A stretch of 64,000 nucleotides of DNA from Octopus sinensis. Taxonomy: Eukaryota. Position 1 is the first letter of the stretch. Each line of letters begins with the position of its first letter. Both the position numbers and the translations under genes were made by a program. Shown piece by piece: positions 24,346-37,058 of this stretch. Location: assembly GCF_006345805.1 (NCBI RefSeq), contig NC_043021.1:17546001-17610000 (forward strand), in the 5' to 3' direction. The notes beneath the pieces are model-generated. The model had not been told where the DNA came from, did not search any database, and saw only the letters and a list, made by a program, of their open reading frames with translations.

Positions 24346-24711
24346 TCTCTATATATATAAACAGCAAAATGTCTGTGTGTGTGTATCCTTTATACAAATC
24401 CACAATTTTTCAGTTAGAGAGCTCGCACTTTCTATGGTCATTCAAAACCGTCCAAGGGTGGTCGTGCACATCTTTACATTTCCCCAGTCACCCCGCAAAG
24501 CCATTAAAAAATCAATAGAAGTGACTTTTTTGTGAATTTTCTATCCAAAACCCAATCAAAATGCCCAAAACTTGACACGCCAATTGAATGCCAGCTAGCT
24601 GTATGTGATTGGTGGGAGATCTGGACAGTACTCACGTGTATGTGCGCACGCACGCAGCTGTATATGCATGCACTAGCACTATGACCCGGCGTTGCTGGGT
24701 CATAGTGCTAG
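24346..24711 (+). mobile_element. Non-autonomous Helitron, second family
   Basis: A|TC start; 20-bp terminal hairpin ending CTAG|T; no TSD. Confidence 0.8.
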
Positions 24712-25324
24712 TGTAGAATATTTGGTCCAGATATGGTCAGTTTAAATGCTATTGGGTTAATACTAATACTTAGGGTGACTTGCAGACGGGGACACGCACA
24801 CACACAGAGAATGCTACACCAAAGCATACAGGTTTAATGACACCTTTATGTTCACATTCATGTAGAAACACACACACACTGGTACACTGAGACATGTAGG
24901 TTTAGTGTGGTATCCCTCACATCCATGCAGAAATACACATGTACCTACCTCCAGTGATATTTACACATACATGACCTGGCTCTCCATCGGTTACGAAAAT
25001 GAGGGTTCCCACCTGATCCAATCAACGGAACAGCCTGCTGGTAGAATTAACATGCATGTGGCTGAATCTCCACAGACACACATACCTTTAATTTATTTCT
25101 CATAGAGATTCAGTGAGATACAGAGTGGGACAAGGCTGGCCCCCTTTGAATTACAGGTACTACTCATTTATGCCAGCTGAGTGGAATGGAGCAATGAGAA
25201 ATAAAGTGTCTTGCCCAAGGACACAAAGCACTGCTGGGAATTGAACTCACAACCTTACGACCATGAACCGAATTCCCTATGAAGCCATGCATCTTAACAC
25301 ATAAATAAATTAAGGATGTATATA

Positions 25325-25688
25325 GGCGCAGGAGTGGCTGTGTGGTAAGTAGCTTGTTTACCAACCACATGGTTCCGGGTTCAGTCCTCACTGCGTGGCA
25401 CCTTGGGCAGGTGTCTTCTACTATAGCCTCGGGCCGACCAATGCCTTGTGAGTGGATTTGGTAGACGGAAACTGAAAGAAGCCCGTCATATATATATATA
25501 CATATATGTATGCATGTGTGTGTTTGTCCCCCTAGCATTGCTTGACAACCGATGCTAGTGTGTTTATGTCCCCATTACTTAGCGGTTCGTCAAAAGAGAC
25601 CGATAGAATAAGTCCCGGGGTCGAGTTGCTCGATTAAAAGCAGTGCTCCAGCATGGCCGCAGTCAAATGACTGAAACAAGTAAAAAAG
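25325..25688 (+). mobile_element. SINE family A
   Basis: Full head to tail. Confidence 0.9.
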
Positions 25689-26121
25689 TATATGTATTTC
25701 TTCATTAAAGCTTTAATAGCCACACTGTTGTGGGTTTGATAGGTGTGCCATACACACTACCACTACTGTGAGGCCCAAAATCTTGAAATCCGGCCTCAAC
25801 ACTTCTTCCTGGGTCTTCCTTGCTGCTTCCTCTGCTACAACTACACACACACACACACACACACACCTTTTACATTTTGATTAAAGCCTTTAACATCCAA
25901 CCATTCTCTCTCTCTCTCTCTCTCTCAACCCAGATGTGGCCCACCTGTCAGATTGTGATACGTTTACAAACTGGGTCTCACAGTCTGTTTGACAGTTTTT
26001 GCCTGCACCATGCAGAACAGTACAGTGAACTGGGCCACACGGTGGCATCTATTTACAGCTAAGTAGACTCCACTGCAAAGAGTTAAATGTCTTGCTCACA
26101 GACAAAGTACAGTGAACTCTA

Positions 26122-26918
26122 CCACATTGTAGTACCTACTTACAACTGGGTGGACTGTTCCACATTGTGGTACCTACTTACAGCTGGGTGGACTGTCCCA
26201 CATTGTGGTACCTACTTACAGCTGGGTGGACTGTTCCACATTGTGGTACCTACCTACAGCTGGGTGGACTGTTCCACATTGTGGTACCTACTTACAACTG
26301 GGTGGACTGTTCCACATTGTGCTACCTACTTACAGCTGGGTGGACTGTTCCACATTGTGGTACCTACTTACAGCTGGGTGGACTGTTCCACATTGTGGTA
26401 CCTACTTACAGCTGGGTGGACTGTTCCACATTGTGGTACCTACCTACAGCTGGGTGGACTGTTCCACATTGTGGTACCTACTTACAGCTGGGTGGACTGT
26501 CCCACATTGTGGTACCTACTTACAACTGGGTGGACTGTTCCACATTGTGGTACCTACTTACAACTGGGTGGACTGTTCCACATTGTGGTACCTACTTACA
26601 GCTGGGTGGACTGTCCCACATTGTGCTACCTACTTACAACTGGGTGGACTGTTCCACATTGTGGTACCTACTTACAACTGGGTGGACTGTCCCACATTGT
26701 GCTACCTACTTACAGCTGGGTGGACTGTTCCACATTGTGGTACCTACTTACAGCTGGGTGGACTGTCCCACATTGTGGTACCTACTTACAACTGGGTGGA
26801 CTGTTCCACATTGTGCTACCTACTTACAACTGGGTGGACTGTTCCACATTGTGCTACCTACTTACAACTGGGTGGACTGTTCCACATTGTGCTACCTACT
26901 TACAACTGGGTGGACTGT
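26122..26918. repeat. 38-bp minisatellite, about 21 units, in MRPL47 intron 3
   Basis: Unit ccacattgtggtacctacttacagctgggtggactgtt; the ORF translations repeat every 38 aa (3 x 38 nt). Confidence 0.97.
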
Positions 26919-27157
26919 CGGTGGCACATAAAAAACACCATCCGAGCGTGGCCGTTCGCCAGCCTCGTCTGGCACCTGTGTCGGTGGCACATAAAAAGCA
27001 CCCACTACACTCACGGAGTGGTTGGCATGAGGAAGGGCATCCAGCTGTAGAAACACTGCCAGATCAGACTGGAGCCTCCTGGCTTCCCAGACCCCAGTTG
27101 AACCATCCAACCCATGCTAGTATGGAAAGCGGACGTTAAACGATGATGATGATGATG
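26919..27157 (+). mobile_element. SINE family D 3' part with RTE-type (GAT)n tail
   Basis: Ends ggacgttaaacgatgatgatgatg; reverse copy at 36727-37058. Confidence 0.75.
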
Positions 27158-28732
27158 AAAGTTTATTTTTAGAATGACATTGTAGAGTAGGTGTGAGAGG
27201 TTGGATCTGGTCAGTTTAAATTGACCTTTAAATCTACTGGTCAAAAGTAATTCTGTCATTTCTATTTTGAAGTATTTTTCCTTTTTTTTTTCTTTGTCTC
27301 AATTAGATTTCAGTTTTTTTGTTTTTTTTTTATTTTGCTTGTGGAAGAAGGGACCACACTCCCTTCTCTGCAACTTGTGAGGTTAATGTTTGGAAGAGGG
27401 GCAAGGGAATGTCTGTAGTAAAAGCAGCAGGGGGTGGATTTTGAAGAGTTGGCATTCTGTGCTGGAAGGATTGGGTATAGTGATCATTGGTGGGTGTGAG
27501 AGGAGGCTGTCTGTGAGGGTAACAATAGGGGAAGGCTGCTCCCCCTGCTGCTAAAGAGGATTGGCCAGCAAGAGTTGTGCTGGTGCCCTGTAAAAAGGAC
27601 ACATGCCAATTCCACATAGTGGCACATCAAAGCACCCAGCACACTCTGAAGTGGTTGACATTAGGAAGGGCATCCAGCCATAGAAACTATGATTCTAAAT
27701 CAGGTTGGAGCCTGGTGCAGCTCTGGTCAAATTGTCCAACCCATGTGAGTATGGACAATAAATGATGATGATGAGAAACCATTTTAAGTATTGTCTGAAA
27801 GACAAAAGACCTTGCGTTTGTGTGTAAGCGAGGTGTTGGCAGTCAGTGGGATGGGTATCTGTCAGTTCCACAGCGCCACCATTCAACTGAAACTAAAGAA
27901 TTAGTTTAGGAAGCCAAGTCATTCTGTTCGCAGTTTTGTAGACATGGGATTCTAATGAAATATCAGTTTGCAAGGTTTAGCATTTGTACAAACTGGAAGC
28001 TTGAGTTGTGCTTTGTTTTTGAAGTGTAGTGTGTTTGTTAGGAATGGTGACAGTAAAGAGTTACTGTCCCACATGTGGTTGGTGTCAGTACTACAGGCAA
28101 CGGGCTTGCAGAATCGTTAGCATGCCGGGGGCGAAATGCTGTGCGGTATTTCGTCTGCCGCTACATTCTGAGTTCAAATTCCGCCGAGGTCGACTTTGCT
28201 TTTCATCCTTTCAGGGTCGATAAATTAAGTACCAGTTACGCACTGGTGTCAGTATAATCGACTTAATCCGTTTGTCTGTCCTTGTTTGTCCACTCTATGT
28301 TTAGCCCCTTGTGGGTAGTAAAGAACTGGGTATCAGCACTACATGGCAAGGTGATAGTAAGAGGCATAACATCCCAATTACATGGCCACCAGTTCACTCA
28401 TAGCCCACTCCAACACATTGATATTTCCCAAGTGCAGTCTACCTAGCTGTAAATAGGTGCCACAGTGTGCTGAAGTTCAATGTACTGCATGCGTAGTGCT
28501 GTCAAATTGACTGCTGTACCCAATGTGTAAACATGTTGCAATCTGACAGGTGGGCCACATCTGGGTTGAGAGAGGATGGTTGGATATTAGGGTTAGGGTT
28601 AATCAAAATGTGCAACACAGTGTGTGTTTGTTGTTGCTGGTTGTAGGAAAGGAAGGGCAGGAAAGAAGTATTGGGAACCAGATTTTGTAAGGTTTCAAAC
28701 CTCCTATACATTGGTTTTTGTTTTCTTTGCAG

Positions 28733-29186
28733 GTACATCTTATTAAAGGAACGTAACATGTTGATGACAATGGAAGCTGAATACATCAGGCAAGCTGAAT
28801 TATTCCCAAACCCAGAACGATTGTTTAAAATTGATGAAAGCATGCAGAACATCCTAGAAATAGTGGCAGAAAGAGATGATGCTGTTAGCCTTTTGGAAAC
28901 AGGGAAATCTTGCAGACCCCAGTACAGAATGGTACGCAACTTCTTGGGACTAAAATACAGGCGCAAAGTGAAAGAGTATGCCGTACCATCTTGGATGAAT
29001 CTGCGATACCGTATGCTGCACACCCCTTTCATGAAGGGCTTGACTCCTTATTTTGGATTGTATTTTGAAAAGCAGCGTATGTTGGCAAAGAAACACCAAA
29101 AGAGACGACTTGATTATAAGAGAAAGCTAAAAAAAGAATTCCCTCATTTGGAACTTGAGAGTGAAGAGAGCAAACAGAGCATTTGA
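28733..29186 (+). CDS. MRPL47: MRPL47 exon 4 (terminal)
   Basis: WYILLKERNMLMT...PNPERL..IDESM...AERDDAV.LLETG...FPHL aligns from memory with the MRPL47 C-terminal half; acceptor ttttctttgcag; TGA at 29184-29186; AATAAA at 29487. Confidence 0.98.
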
Positions 29187-29257
29187 TCACACTTGTATAG
29201 ACACTATGTTTATACACCCATCTATATATACATACATACATACATGAGGGTGTAGAC

Positions 29258-29448
29258 CAGTGCTTTTCAATCTTTTTGCTGGAGCGGAACCCCAAGGAAA
29301 CATTCCACTGGTTCGGGGGAACCCCCTGTGCAATAATTTAATAGTCTTCTGCACAGGAGAAATAAAAATTACTGCCGATTTTAGCAGTTTTGTAACTTCT
29401 TGCGGAACCCCTGGACTGTACTGGTGGAACCCTGGTTGAAAACCACTG
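29258..29448. mobile_element. hAT MITE in the probable MRPL47 3' UTR
   Basis: Same TIRs as 21290; 8-bp TSD gtgtagac. Confidence 0.9.
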
Positions 29449-29612
29449 GTGTAGACTATACACAGTTAAATATTTACAATTTTATCAATAAAAAGTTTTT
29501 GACACAATGACCTATTTTGAAAGCAGTTTCATATTTCATTTAAAAGAAAATATGTTGGTTTATTTGCAAAGCTGCGTTTATACATACATAAATTTATACA
29601 TACATAAATTTA

Positions 29613-29845
29613 GGCGGCGAGCTGGCAGAACCGTTAGCACGCCGGGCGAAATGCGTAGCCGTATTTCGTCTGCCGTTACGTTCTGAGTTCAAATTCCGCC
29701 GAGGTCGACTTTGCCTTTCATCCTTTCGGGGTCGATAAATTAAGTACCAGTTACGCGCTGGGGGGGGGTCGATGTAATCGACTTAATTCGTTTGTCTGTC
29801 CCTGTTTGTCCCCTCTATGTTTAGCCCCTTGTGGGTAATAAAGAA
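29613..29845 (+). mobile_element. SINE family B, near-consensus copy
   Basis: ggcggcgagctggcagaaccgttagc head, B box gagttcaaattcc, family tail. Confidence 0.9.
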
Positions 29846-30033
29846 ACATATACATACATAAATTATTAGTATTATTAAGGCAGGTGAACTAACAGAAACA
29901 GGGTGGGATTGAACATGAAAACAGTTGTGAGACAAACTTCTTAATGACCCCCCCCCCTCCATGCCTAATCAAATCCTGTTGGGGGTCTAAAAACCCAAGG
30001 GTTAACTATGAATATAAATTAGAATTCTATGTT

Positions 30034-30419
30034 ACTCTTTTACTTGTTTCAGTCATTTGAGTGTGGCCATGCTGGAGCACCGCCTTTAGTCGAGCAAATC
30101 GACCCCGGGACTTATTCTTTGTAAGCCCAGTACTTATTCTATCGGTCTCTTTTGCCGAACTGCTAAGTGACGGGGACGTAAACACACCAGCATCGGTTGT
30201 CAAGCAATGCTAGGGGGACAAATACACACACACATATATATATATATATATACATATATACAACAGGCTTCTTTCAGTTTCCGTCTACCAAATCCACTCA
30301 CAAGGCTTTGGTCGGCCCGAGTCTATAGTAGAAGACACTTGCCCAAATGCCAAGCAGTGGGACTGAACCTGGAACCATGTGGTTTGTTAGCAAGCTACTT
30401 ACCACACAGCCACTCCTGC
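30034..30419 (-). mobile_element. SINE family A
   Basis: Family sequence on the minus strand. Confidence 0.88.
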
Positions 30420-31472
30420 ACCAATGTTGTTGACATTCTCAGAATATCTAAACTTTGAGAGAATGTAAAATAATTTGTTCATAACGGTTGAATAAGCAAT
30501 AAACCTATGAATTATAATAGTGTGTAGATTACATAACCGACCAGGTTATCAGGTGTTGTTACACATCACTGGTCACAATGCGCTTTTGCATTGTTTTAGC
30601 CCTTCAAATGACCCCACCTCACCCCTTTCTGGCTAAGCAAGCAGGCCAACACTCCCCTCTGACTGAGAGGAAGGATTGGAGCAATGTCAAATGAAGTGTT
30701 TTGCTCAAGAACAACAAGGCACCCACTCGGAGAATCGAACCTACAATCCAGCAATTGTGAGTGCAACTAGGCCATGCACCTAGTATAGATATCAGGGTAA
30801 AAACCCGATTTGGATAGTAAAAGGATAACTGCCATTTCTTGTAAGCATAATATCTGCTGTGTTTTCAGGAGGTGAAGGGTTTATGTCCCATAGGCAACCT
30901 TCATCCTTCCTTCTTTTTTGTAGCCAAAACAATATTTAACCCAATATTTTTCATTGTATTATAGCTTTATGTGCTTTGAAATACTGTTCCAAGAAACTTC
31001 CCAACTGGTTTCTAGGTTCAGTCCTGCTGTATGACACCTTTTGCATATGTCCCCTACTGTATAGCCTCCGGCCTTGTGAGTGGATTTACAAGGCAGAAAC
31101 TGAAAGAAGCCTGTCTTGTATGATTGGCATACGCGCACGTGTGTGTGTGTGTTTTTTTTGTCCCCCACCACTGCTTGACAACTGGTGTTGGTGTGTTTAC
31201 ATCCTCATAACTTAGCAGTTTGGCAAAGAGAGTGAGAGAGAGGGAAACTAATAGAATAAGAAACAGGTATATAAAGGAAAGAAGTCCCGGGGTCAATTCT
31301 TTCGACTAAAAATCCTGGAAGAATTTTAGTTGGAACAAATTGACCCCAGGACTTATTTTTTGCTAAGCCTGGTACTGATTCTATCAATCTCTTGTCAAAC
31401 TGCTAAGTTACAGGGATGTAAACAAGCTAACCTTTTGTCAAGCAGTGACAGAAGGATAAACAGACATTTTTA

Positions 31473-32245
31473 TATTGGGTTGGCAAAGAAAGTTCCTGCT
31501 GTTTTTTTTTTTAATTTTGGAATCTATTTTTTTCGAGAATTCTATTTTTGAATCATTTTGGAATCTTTTTTGTTTTGTTTTTTTTCTAGTTAATTTTAGT
31601 TAATTTTTGTTTATTTTCAGATCATTAAAATAATGGAGTTGTTTGTCCCCTCTATGTTTAGCCCTTTGTGGGTAATAAAGAAACATATACGTACATAAAT
31701 TATTAGTATTATTAAGGCAGGTGAACTAGAGGGGACAAACAACTCCATTATTTTCAGATCATTAAAATGGAGTTTCAACAATCGTTTTGGGTTTGGGAAT
31801 AATTCAGCTTGCCTGATGTACTCAGCTTCCATTGTCATCAACATGTTACGTTCCTTTAATAACAAACATTTTTGACACCTTTTTGCTTTTAATCAAGGTT
31901 CTAAGGCCACAAAAGCTACTCACGACATTTGCGCTGTGTATGGAGCGGGTGCCATAGCTGAAAGAACTGCTCGTGATTGGCATACCAAGTTCAAAACTGG
32001 AAATTTTGACCTCAAAGACGCACCTCATTCTGGCTGTGCAGTTGAGTTCGATGAAGAGTGATTAAACCAACTTTTGCATGAAAAGTCTCATCAAACAACA
32101 AGGGAACTGGCAGAGAAAATGGAATGCTCCCACACTGCTGTAGAGAAGCATTTTCACTCGATGGGAGCAGTTCAGAAGTATGGAGCATGGGTTCTGCATG
32201 CTTTAAGTGACAACAACAAAAATCGACGAGCCACAATCTCCGCTG
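31473..32245 (+). mobile_element. Mariner relic, 5' half, disrupted by templated insertions
   Basis: TIR-like tattgggttggcaaagaaagtt; transposase N-terminus FAFNQGSKAT..ICAVYG..AERTARDW..KFK.GNFDLKDAP.SG..TTRELAEKM..MG.VQKYGAWV.H.LS..NK..R. Confidence 0.92.
31777..31862 (-). pseudogene. 86-bp copied fragment of MRPL47 exon 4
   Basis: Reverse complement of about 28740-28825 with 2 mismatches. Confidence 0.95.
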
Positions 32246-33769
32246 AGATATATACATACATATATATATACATACACACAAACATATATGCACACACACA
32301 CACACACACACAAACATATACGACGGGTTTCTTACAGTTTCCCACTACCAAATCCACTCACAAGTCTTCGGTCAGCCTGGGATTATAGTAAAAGACACTT
32401 ACCGAAGGTGCCACACAGTAGGACTGAACCCGGAACCATGTGGTTGGTAAGCAAGCTACTTACCACACAGCTACACCTTTGGAGAAAGATTCCCCACCAC
32501 CTCAGTTCGTACAGCCACGCAGAATTTACTGTACTACATAGAATTAGGTATTTAACAACTGAAATTTAATAAAGCAAGATATACAGACAAGAAATAGTCA
32601 GAGATGATATAAAGAAAGCAAAATGAATTATACGTTTTAAAAAAATAAAAATATGTAAAAACGTAGTGTAGTTACCTCCCTTGGGTGAATGCAGCGTCTT
32701 CAGTATTTACCTCCCTTGTATTTTAGGCCCTGTTCACGAAGCGACTGTGGATAAGAGCGTTGTGTGTGAGCGGGCACTCACGTACGTGTGTGTGTGTGTA
32801 CATTTTCTTTTATTTCTTTACTGCCCACAAGGGACTAAACACAGAGGGGACAAACAAGGAGGACAGACAAAGAGATTAAGTCGATTGCATCGACCCCAGT
32901 GCGAAACTGGTACTTTATTTATCGACCCCGAAAGGATGATAGGCAAAGTCGACCTCGGCGGAATTTGAACTCAGAATGTAACGGCAGACGAAATACGGCT
33001 ACGCATTTCGCCCGGCGTGCTAACGTTTCTGCCAGCTCGCCGTACATAGTCATATAATCGACCGCACACCAAAATCGCCCGCAATTCCAGGTCTTCAGGT
33101 TAACTGAGTGGGTAGCAAATTGCAAGATCAGAGAGCCAGGCAATTAAGAACTTTGACCATACCTCCGTTGTACCCGTTATACGATTACAAGAAGGGTACT
33201 AAGATTAAAATAGGGATTAACTGTACTTTGAAACTGTGGTTTGACAGGAAAGTTTAAGGTGTCGTGTCGTCAACATGGCCATTTCCCAAGACTTATGGCG
33301 ATTCCACTTATATGGAATATCAACAGTCAACAGAAATGTGTGTTAGCGGGTTCTTGTGAGACGGGTTTAGTTGCAAAGTAGAATCTACAACAGTTGGAAT
33401 GTTTAGTGGTACTATATATTTTTTTGTTTATTGCCCACAAGGGGCTAAACATAGAGGGGACAAACAAGGACAGAGAAAGGGATTAAGTCGATTACATCGA
33501 CCCCAGTGCGAAACTGGTACTTTATTTAATCGACCCCGAAAGGATGAAAGGCAAAGTCGACCTCGGCGGAATTTGAACTCAGAACGTAACGGCAGACAAA
33601 ATACCGCTAAGCATTTCGACCGGTGAGCCAACGTGTCTGCCAGCTCACCGCCTGTTTAGTGGTACTATATAGTGTACTTCTGCCTAGTTCTACTAAGAAA
33701 CACCAGCTGCGTGTAACATCACTGGACGAGGAGAATGTGACCTCGTGTATACCGTTGGCGATTTTTTTT

Positions 33770-33990
33770 CCCTGTCTTCCCTTCTCTGGATCTTTCCTTC
33801 TCCTATGTTTCCGACGAAGAGCTCCGCTCGAAACGTTAAACCCTCCTTCTTTCCTGAGCGTCCAATAATACTATAATTGTTTTCCTCTGTCTTCCCTTCT
33901 CTGGATATTTCCTTCTCCTATGTTTCCGACAAAGAGCTCCGCTCGAAATGTTAAACCCTCCTTCTTTCCTTCTTTCCTGAGCGTCCAATA
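33770..33990 (+). repeat. Tandem pair of about 120-bp units, each with a minimal hammerhead-like motif
   Basis: gttt-CCGACGA-A-GAGC-tcc-GCTC-GAAAC-GTT-aaac at 33807-33841; mutated second copy near 33925-33955. Confidence 0.55.
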
Positions 33991-34152
33991 ATACTATATT
34001 CGTTCCACGTCCTCGCGTTGTTGTGTTTTTTTTTTTGTGCTTTCTTGTTTGGATTAACTTTAAGTTAATAAAACTCTGCTGGGATGTGATGCTCAGATTC
34101 CATGGATCCTATTGTTCTTATAAAAGAGTCGAGTGTGTTGACAAGGAGGAAA

Positions 34153-34551
34153 TCTCTATATATAAAAGTCAAGTTGTGTGTCTGTCTACTCCGATTTAGA
34201 TTCCTAACTACTTCCACATTTTGCGGTGCAGTGTAACCAAAAGTGGGTATCTTATAGTCGTGATTCATATCGAGCCGTTCTGGGTATTAGCGCGCGTCTA
34301 CGATGAGTCTACGATTTTTTTTAATAATTTACCATCATTTCTTTCCATTTTAATGCATTTTTTCGCTATTATATAAGGGAAGTAACTCTCTAAAAATGTC
34401 TACGATGAGTCAACGATTTAAAAAAAAATTTACCATAATTTTTTTTCCATTTTTAATGCATTTTTTTGCTATTTTTTGGCTATAACTCTCTAAAAATGCT
34501 TATATAGTTATTTCCCTTACAAACCCGAGCAACGCCGGGCGATACTGCTAG
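34153..34551 (+). mobile_element. Non-autonomous Helitron, same family as 22948
   Basis: A|TC start; identical 3' end with hairpin and CTAG|T. Confidence 0.85.
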
Positions 34552-34779
34552 TAGAAGATAAGAGATGACAGAGAAATAAAAGATGTGATTTAAGCTGGTT
34601 TATCTTCTGTCAACCCACGTATGACCGTGTGGGTCCTTACAAGAAGTACAAGTTCAGTTACAATCGGCTCATTTGTTGTCTTGCAGTAAAAGGGACACTA
34701 TGATGGACCCTCAACACTGCTTCCTACCATCCCATTTTATCAGCAAGATCCTTGATTTGTCTCTCCACGAGTGTAGTGG

Positions 34780-35299
34780 GTGCTTTTTATGTGCCACCTG
34801 CACAGGTGCCAGGGGAGTCTGGCATCGGTCACAACCGGTTGGAGCTTTTAACGTGCCACTGGCACGGAAGCCACATTCGGATGGTGCTTTTTATGTGCCA
34901 CCTGCACAGGTGCCAGGGGAGTCTGGCATCGGTCACAACCGGTTGGAGCTTTTAACGTGCCACTGGCACGGAAGCCACATTCGGATGGTGCTTTTTATGT
35001 GCCACCGGCACAGAAGCCAGTCGAGGTGGCGCTGGCATCGGCCACGTTCAGATGGTGCTTTTTATATGCCACCGGCACAGAAGCCAGTCGAGGCGGCGCT
35101 GGCATCGGCCACGTTCGGATGGTGCTTTTTATGTACCACCGGCACAGAAGCCAGTCGAGGCGGCGCTGGCATCGGCCACGTTCGGACGGTGCTTTTTATA
35201 TGCCACCGGCACAGAAGCCAGTTGAGGCGGCGCTGGCATCAGCCACGTTCGGATGGTGCTTTTTATGTACCACCGGCACAGAAGCCAGTCGAGGCGGCG

Positions 35300-35300
<1 letters not shown>
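34780..35300. repeat. Tandem array derived from SINE-D interior: 2 x 104 bp, then about 5 x 67 bp
   Basis: tgctttttatgtgccacc recurs at 34781, 34885, 34989; gatggtg recurs every 67 nt from 34984. Confidence 0.9.
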
Positions 35301-35333
<33 letters not shown>

Positions 35334-35617
35334 AGGTTTGGAGATGATGTACACTCGTGCACAAATACCAATTTTTTTTTTTTTTTAATCAAATTTTCTT
35401 TAATCTTTAATCCACTTTTTGTCCTCCAGGCATGATCTTTCTTTCATTTGGCTTGAAGTAAAGAATAAATTTGAACAAAAATTAGTAGCAAAAAATAACT
35501 GAAACTGGCCTTGGCATGTTTTTGAACAACATAGACAAATACAGGTATATCAAATACTATACAATATAAATTCTTGACTTGTTATTTCCACAAGAATTTA
35601 TGTTGTATGACATTTCA

Positions 35618-36040
35618 TAGGCGCAGGAGTGGCTGTGTGGTAAGTAGCTTGCTAACCAACCACATGGTTCCGGGTTCAGTCCCACTGCGTGGCATCTTGG
35701 GCAAGTGTCTTCTGCTATAGCCTCGGGCCGACCAATGCCTTGTGAGTGGATTTGGTAGACAGAAACTGAAAGAAGCCTGTCGTATATATGTGTATATATA
35801 TATATATATGTATGTGTGTGTATATGTTTGTGTGTCTGTGTTTGTCCCCCTAGCATTGCTTGACAACCGATGCTGGTGTGTTTACGTCCCCGTCACTTAG
35901 CGGTTCGGCAAAAGAGACCGATAGAATAAGTACTGGGCTTACAAAAAGAATAAGTCCCGGAGTCGATTTGCTCGACTAAAGGCGGTGCTCCAGCATGGCC
36001 GCAGTCAAATGACTGAAACAAGTAAAAGAGTAAAGAGTAT
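35618..36040 (+). mobile_element. SINE family A
   Basis: Full head to tail. Confidence 0.9.
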
Positions 36041-36726
36041 ACCTGTATTTATCTTCAAAGAAGTTATTTAGACAAATAATGTCCAGTATTTGCACAACAT
36101 TACCAACCTATCAAACCTATCAGGGTTTCAATGCAAAACTCTTGATCACCTGATTCTGCCTCTCTGTCACACGCTAACATTTCATCATCTGAGATAAGAT
36201 CACCTCCTCCAATGCCCCCTCCCCTCTCAAAGGTTCTTTGTCTTACAAGTCATTTGGGGACCCTGCCTATGCTGGTGCCACTTAAAAAGCATCCAGTCCA
36301 CACTGTGAAGTGGTTAGCATTTGGAAGGGCATCCAGCTGTAATAACCATACCAAAACTGACCTCACCTGTTCTGGTGCCATGTAAAAAAAAAAGCACTGT
36401 CTACTTTGTGGGGTAGTTGGTGTTAGGAAGGGCATCCAGTCATAAAAACCCTGCCAAAACAGACACAGAAGTATGGTGCAGTCTTCTGCCTGGCCAGCTC
36501 CTGTCAAATCGTCCAACCCATGCCAGCATGGCAGGCAGACATTAAATGATGATGATGTGCTTGCTCCAACATGCTGACAAGAACCAAACCTGGGCTGGCT
36601 GCAGAGAGAAGTGAATTGAAAAACTAGCAATCACACTGATGGTAGTATCACAACATGGCAACAGCTCCAGGTTGAGAGCAGTAAAATAGAAAGCACACAC
36701 ACACACACATATATATATATATCTCA

Positions 36727-37058
36727 TCATCATCGTTTAACGTCCGTTTTCCGCGCTAGCACGGGTTGGACGGTTCAACCGGGGTCTGGGAAGCCAGGGG
36801 CTGCACCAGGCTCCAGTCTGATCTGGCAGTGTTTCTACAGCTGGATGCCCTTCCTAACGCCAACCACTCCGCGAGTGTAGTGGGTGCTTTTTACGTGCCA
36901 CCTGCACAGGTGCCAGGGGAGTCTGGCACCGGCCACGATCGGTTGGAGCTTTTAACGTGCCACCGGCATGGAAGCCAGCCAAGGCGGTGCTGGCATCGGC
37001 CACGTTCGGATGGTGCTTTTTATGTGCGACCAGCACAGAAGCCAGTTGAGGCAGCACT
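36727..37058 (-). mobile_element. SINE family D
   Basis: catcatcgtttaacgtcc is the reverse tail; body matches 26919-27157. Confidence 0.8.

Noticed and set aside
26087-27139. 350-aa, 281-aa and 254-aa ORFs; CRISPR-like periodicity
   Set aside because: A 38-bp tandem repeat with no unique spacers, inside a eukaryotic intron; the open frames are a by-product of the unit sequence
31617-31865. ORF resembling an MRPL47 paralogue
   Set aside because: Only 86 bp match exon 4; the rest is mariner and rearranged sequence
33050-33370. Unique-looking segment with a partly open frame
   Set aside because: Stops present and no recognisable motif
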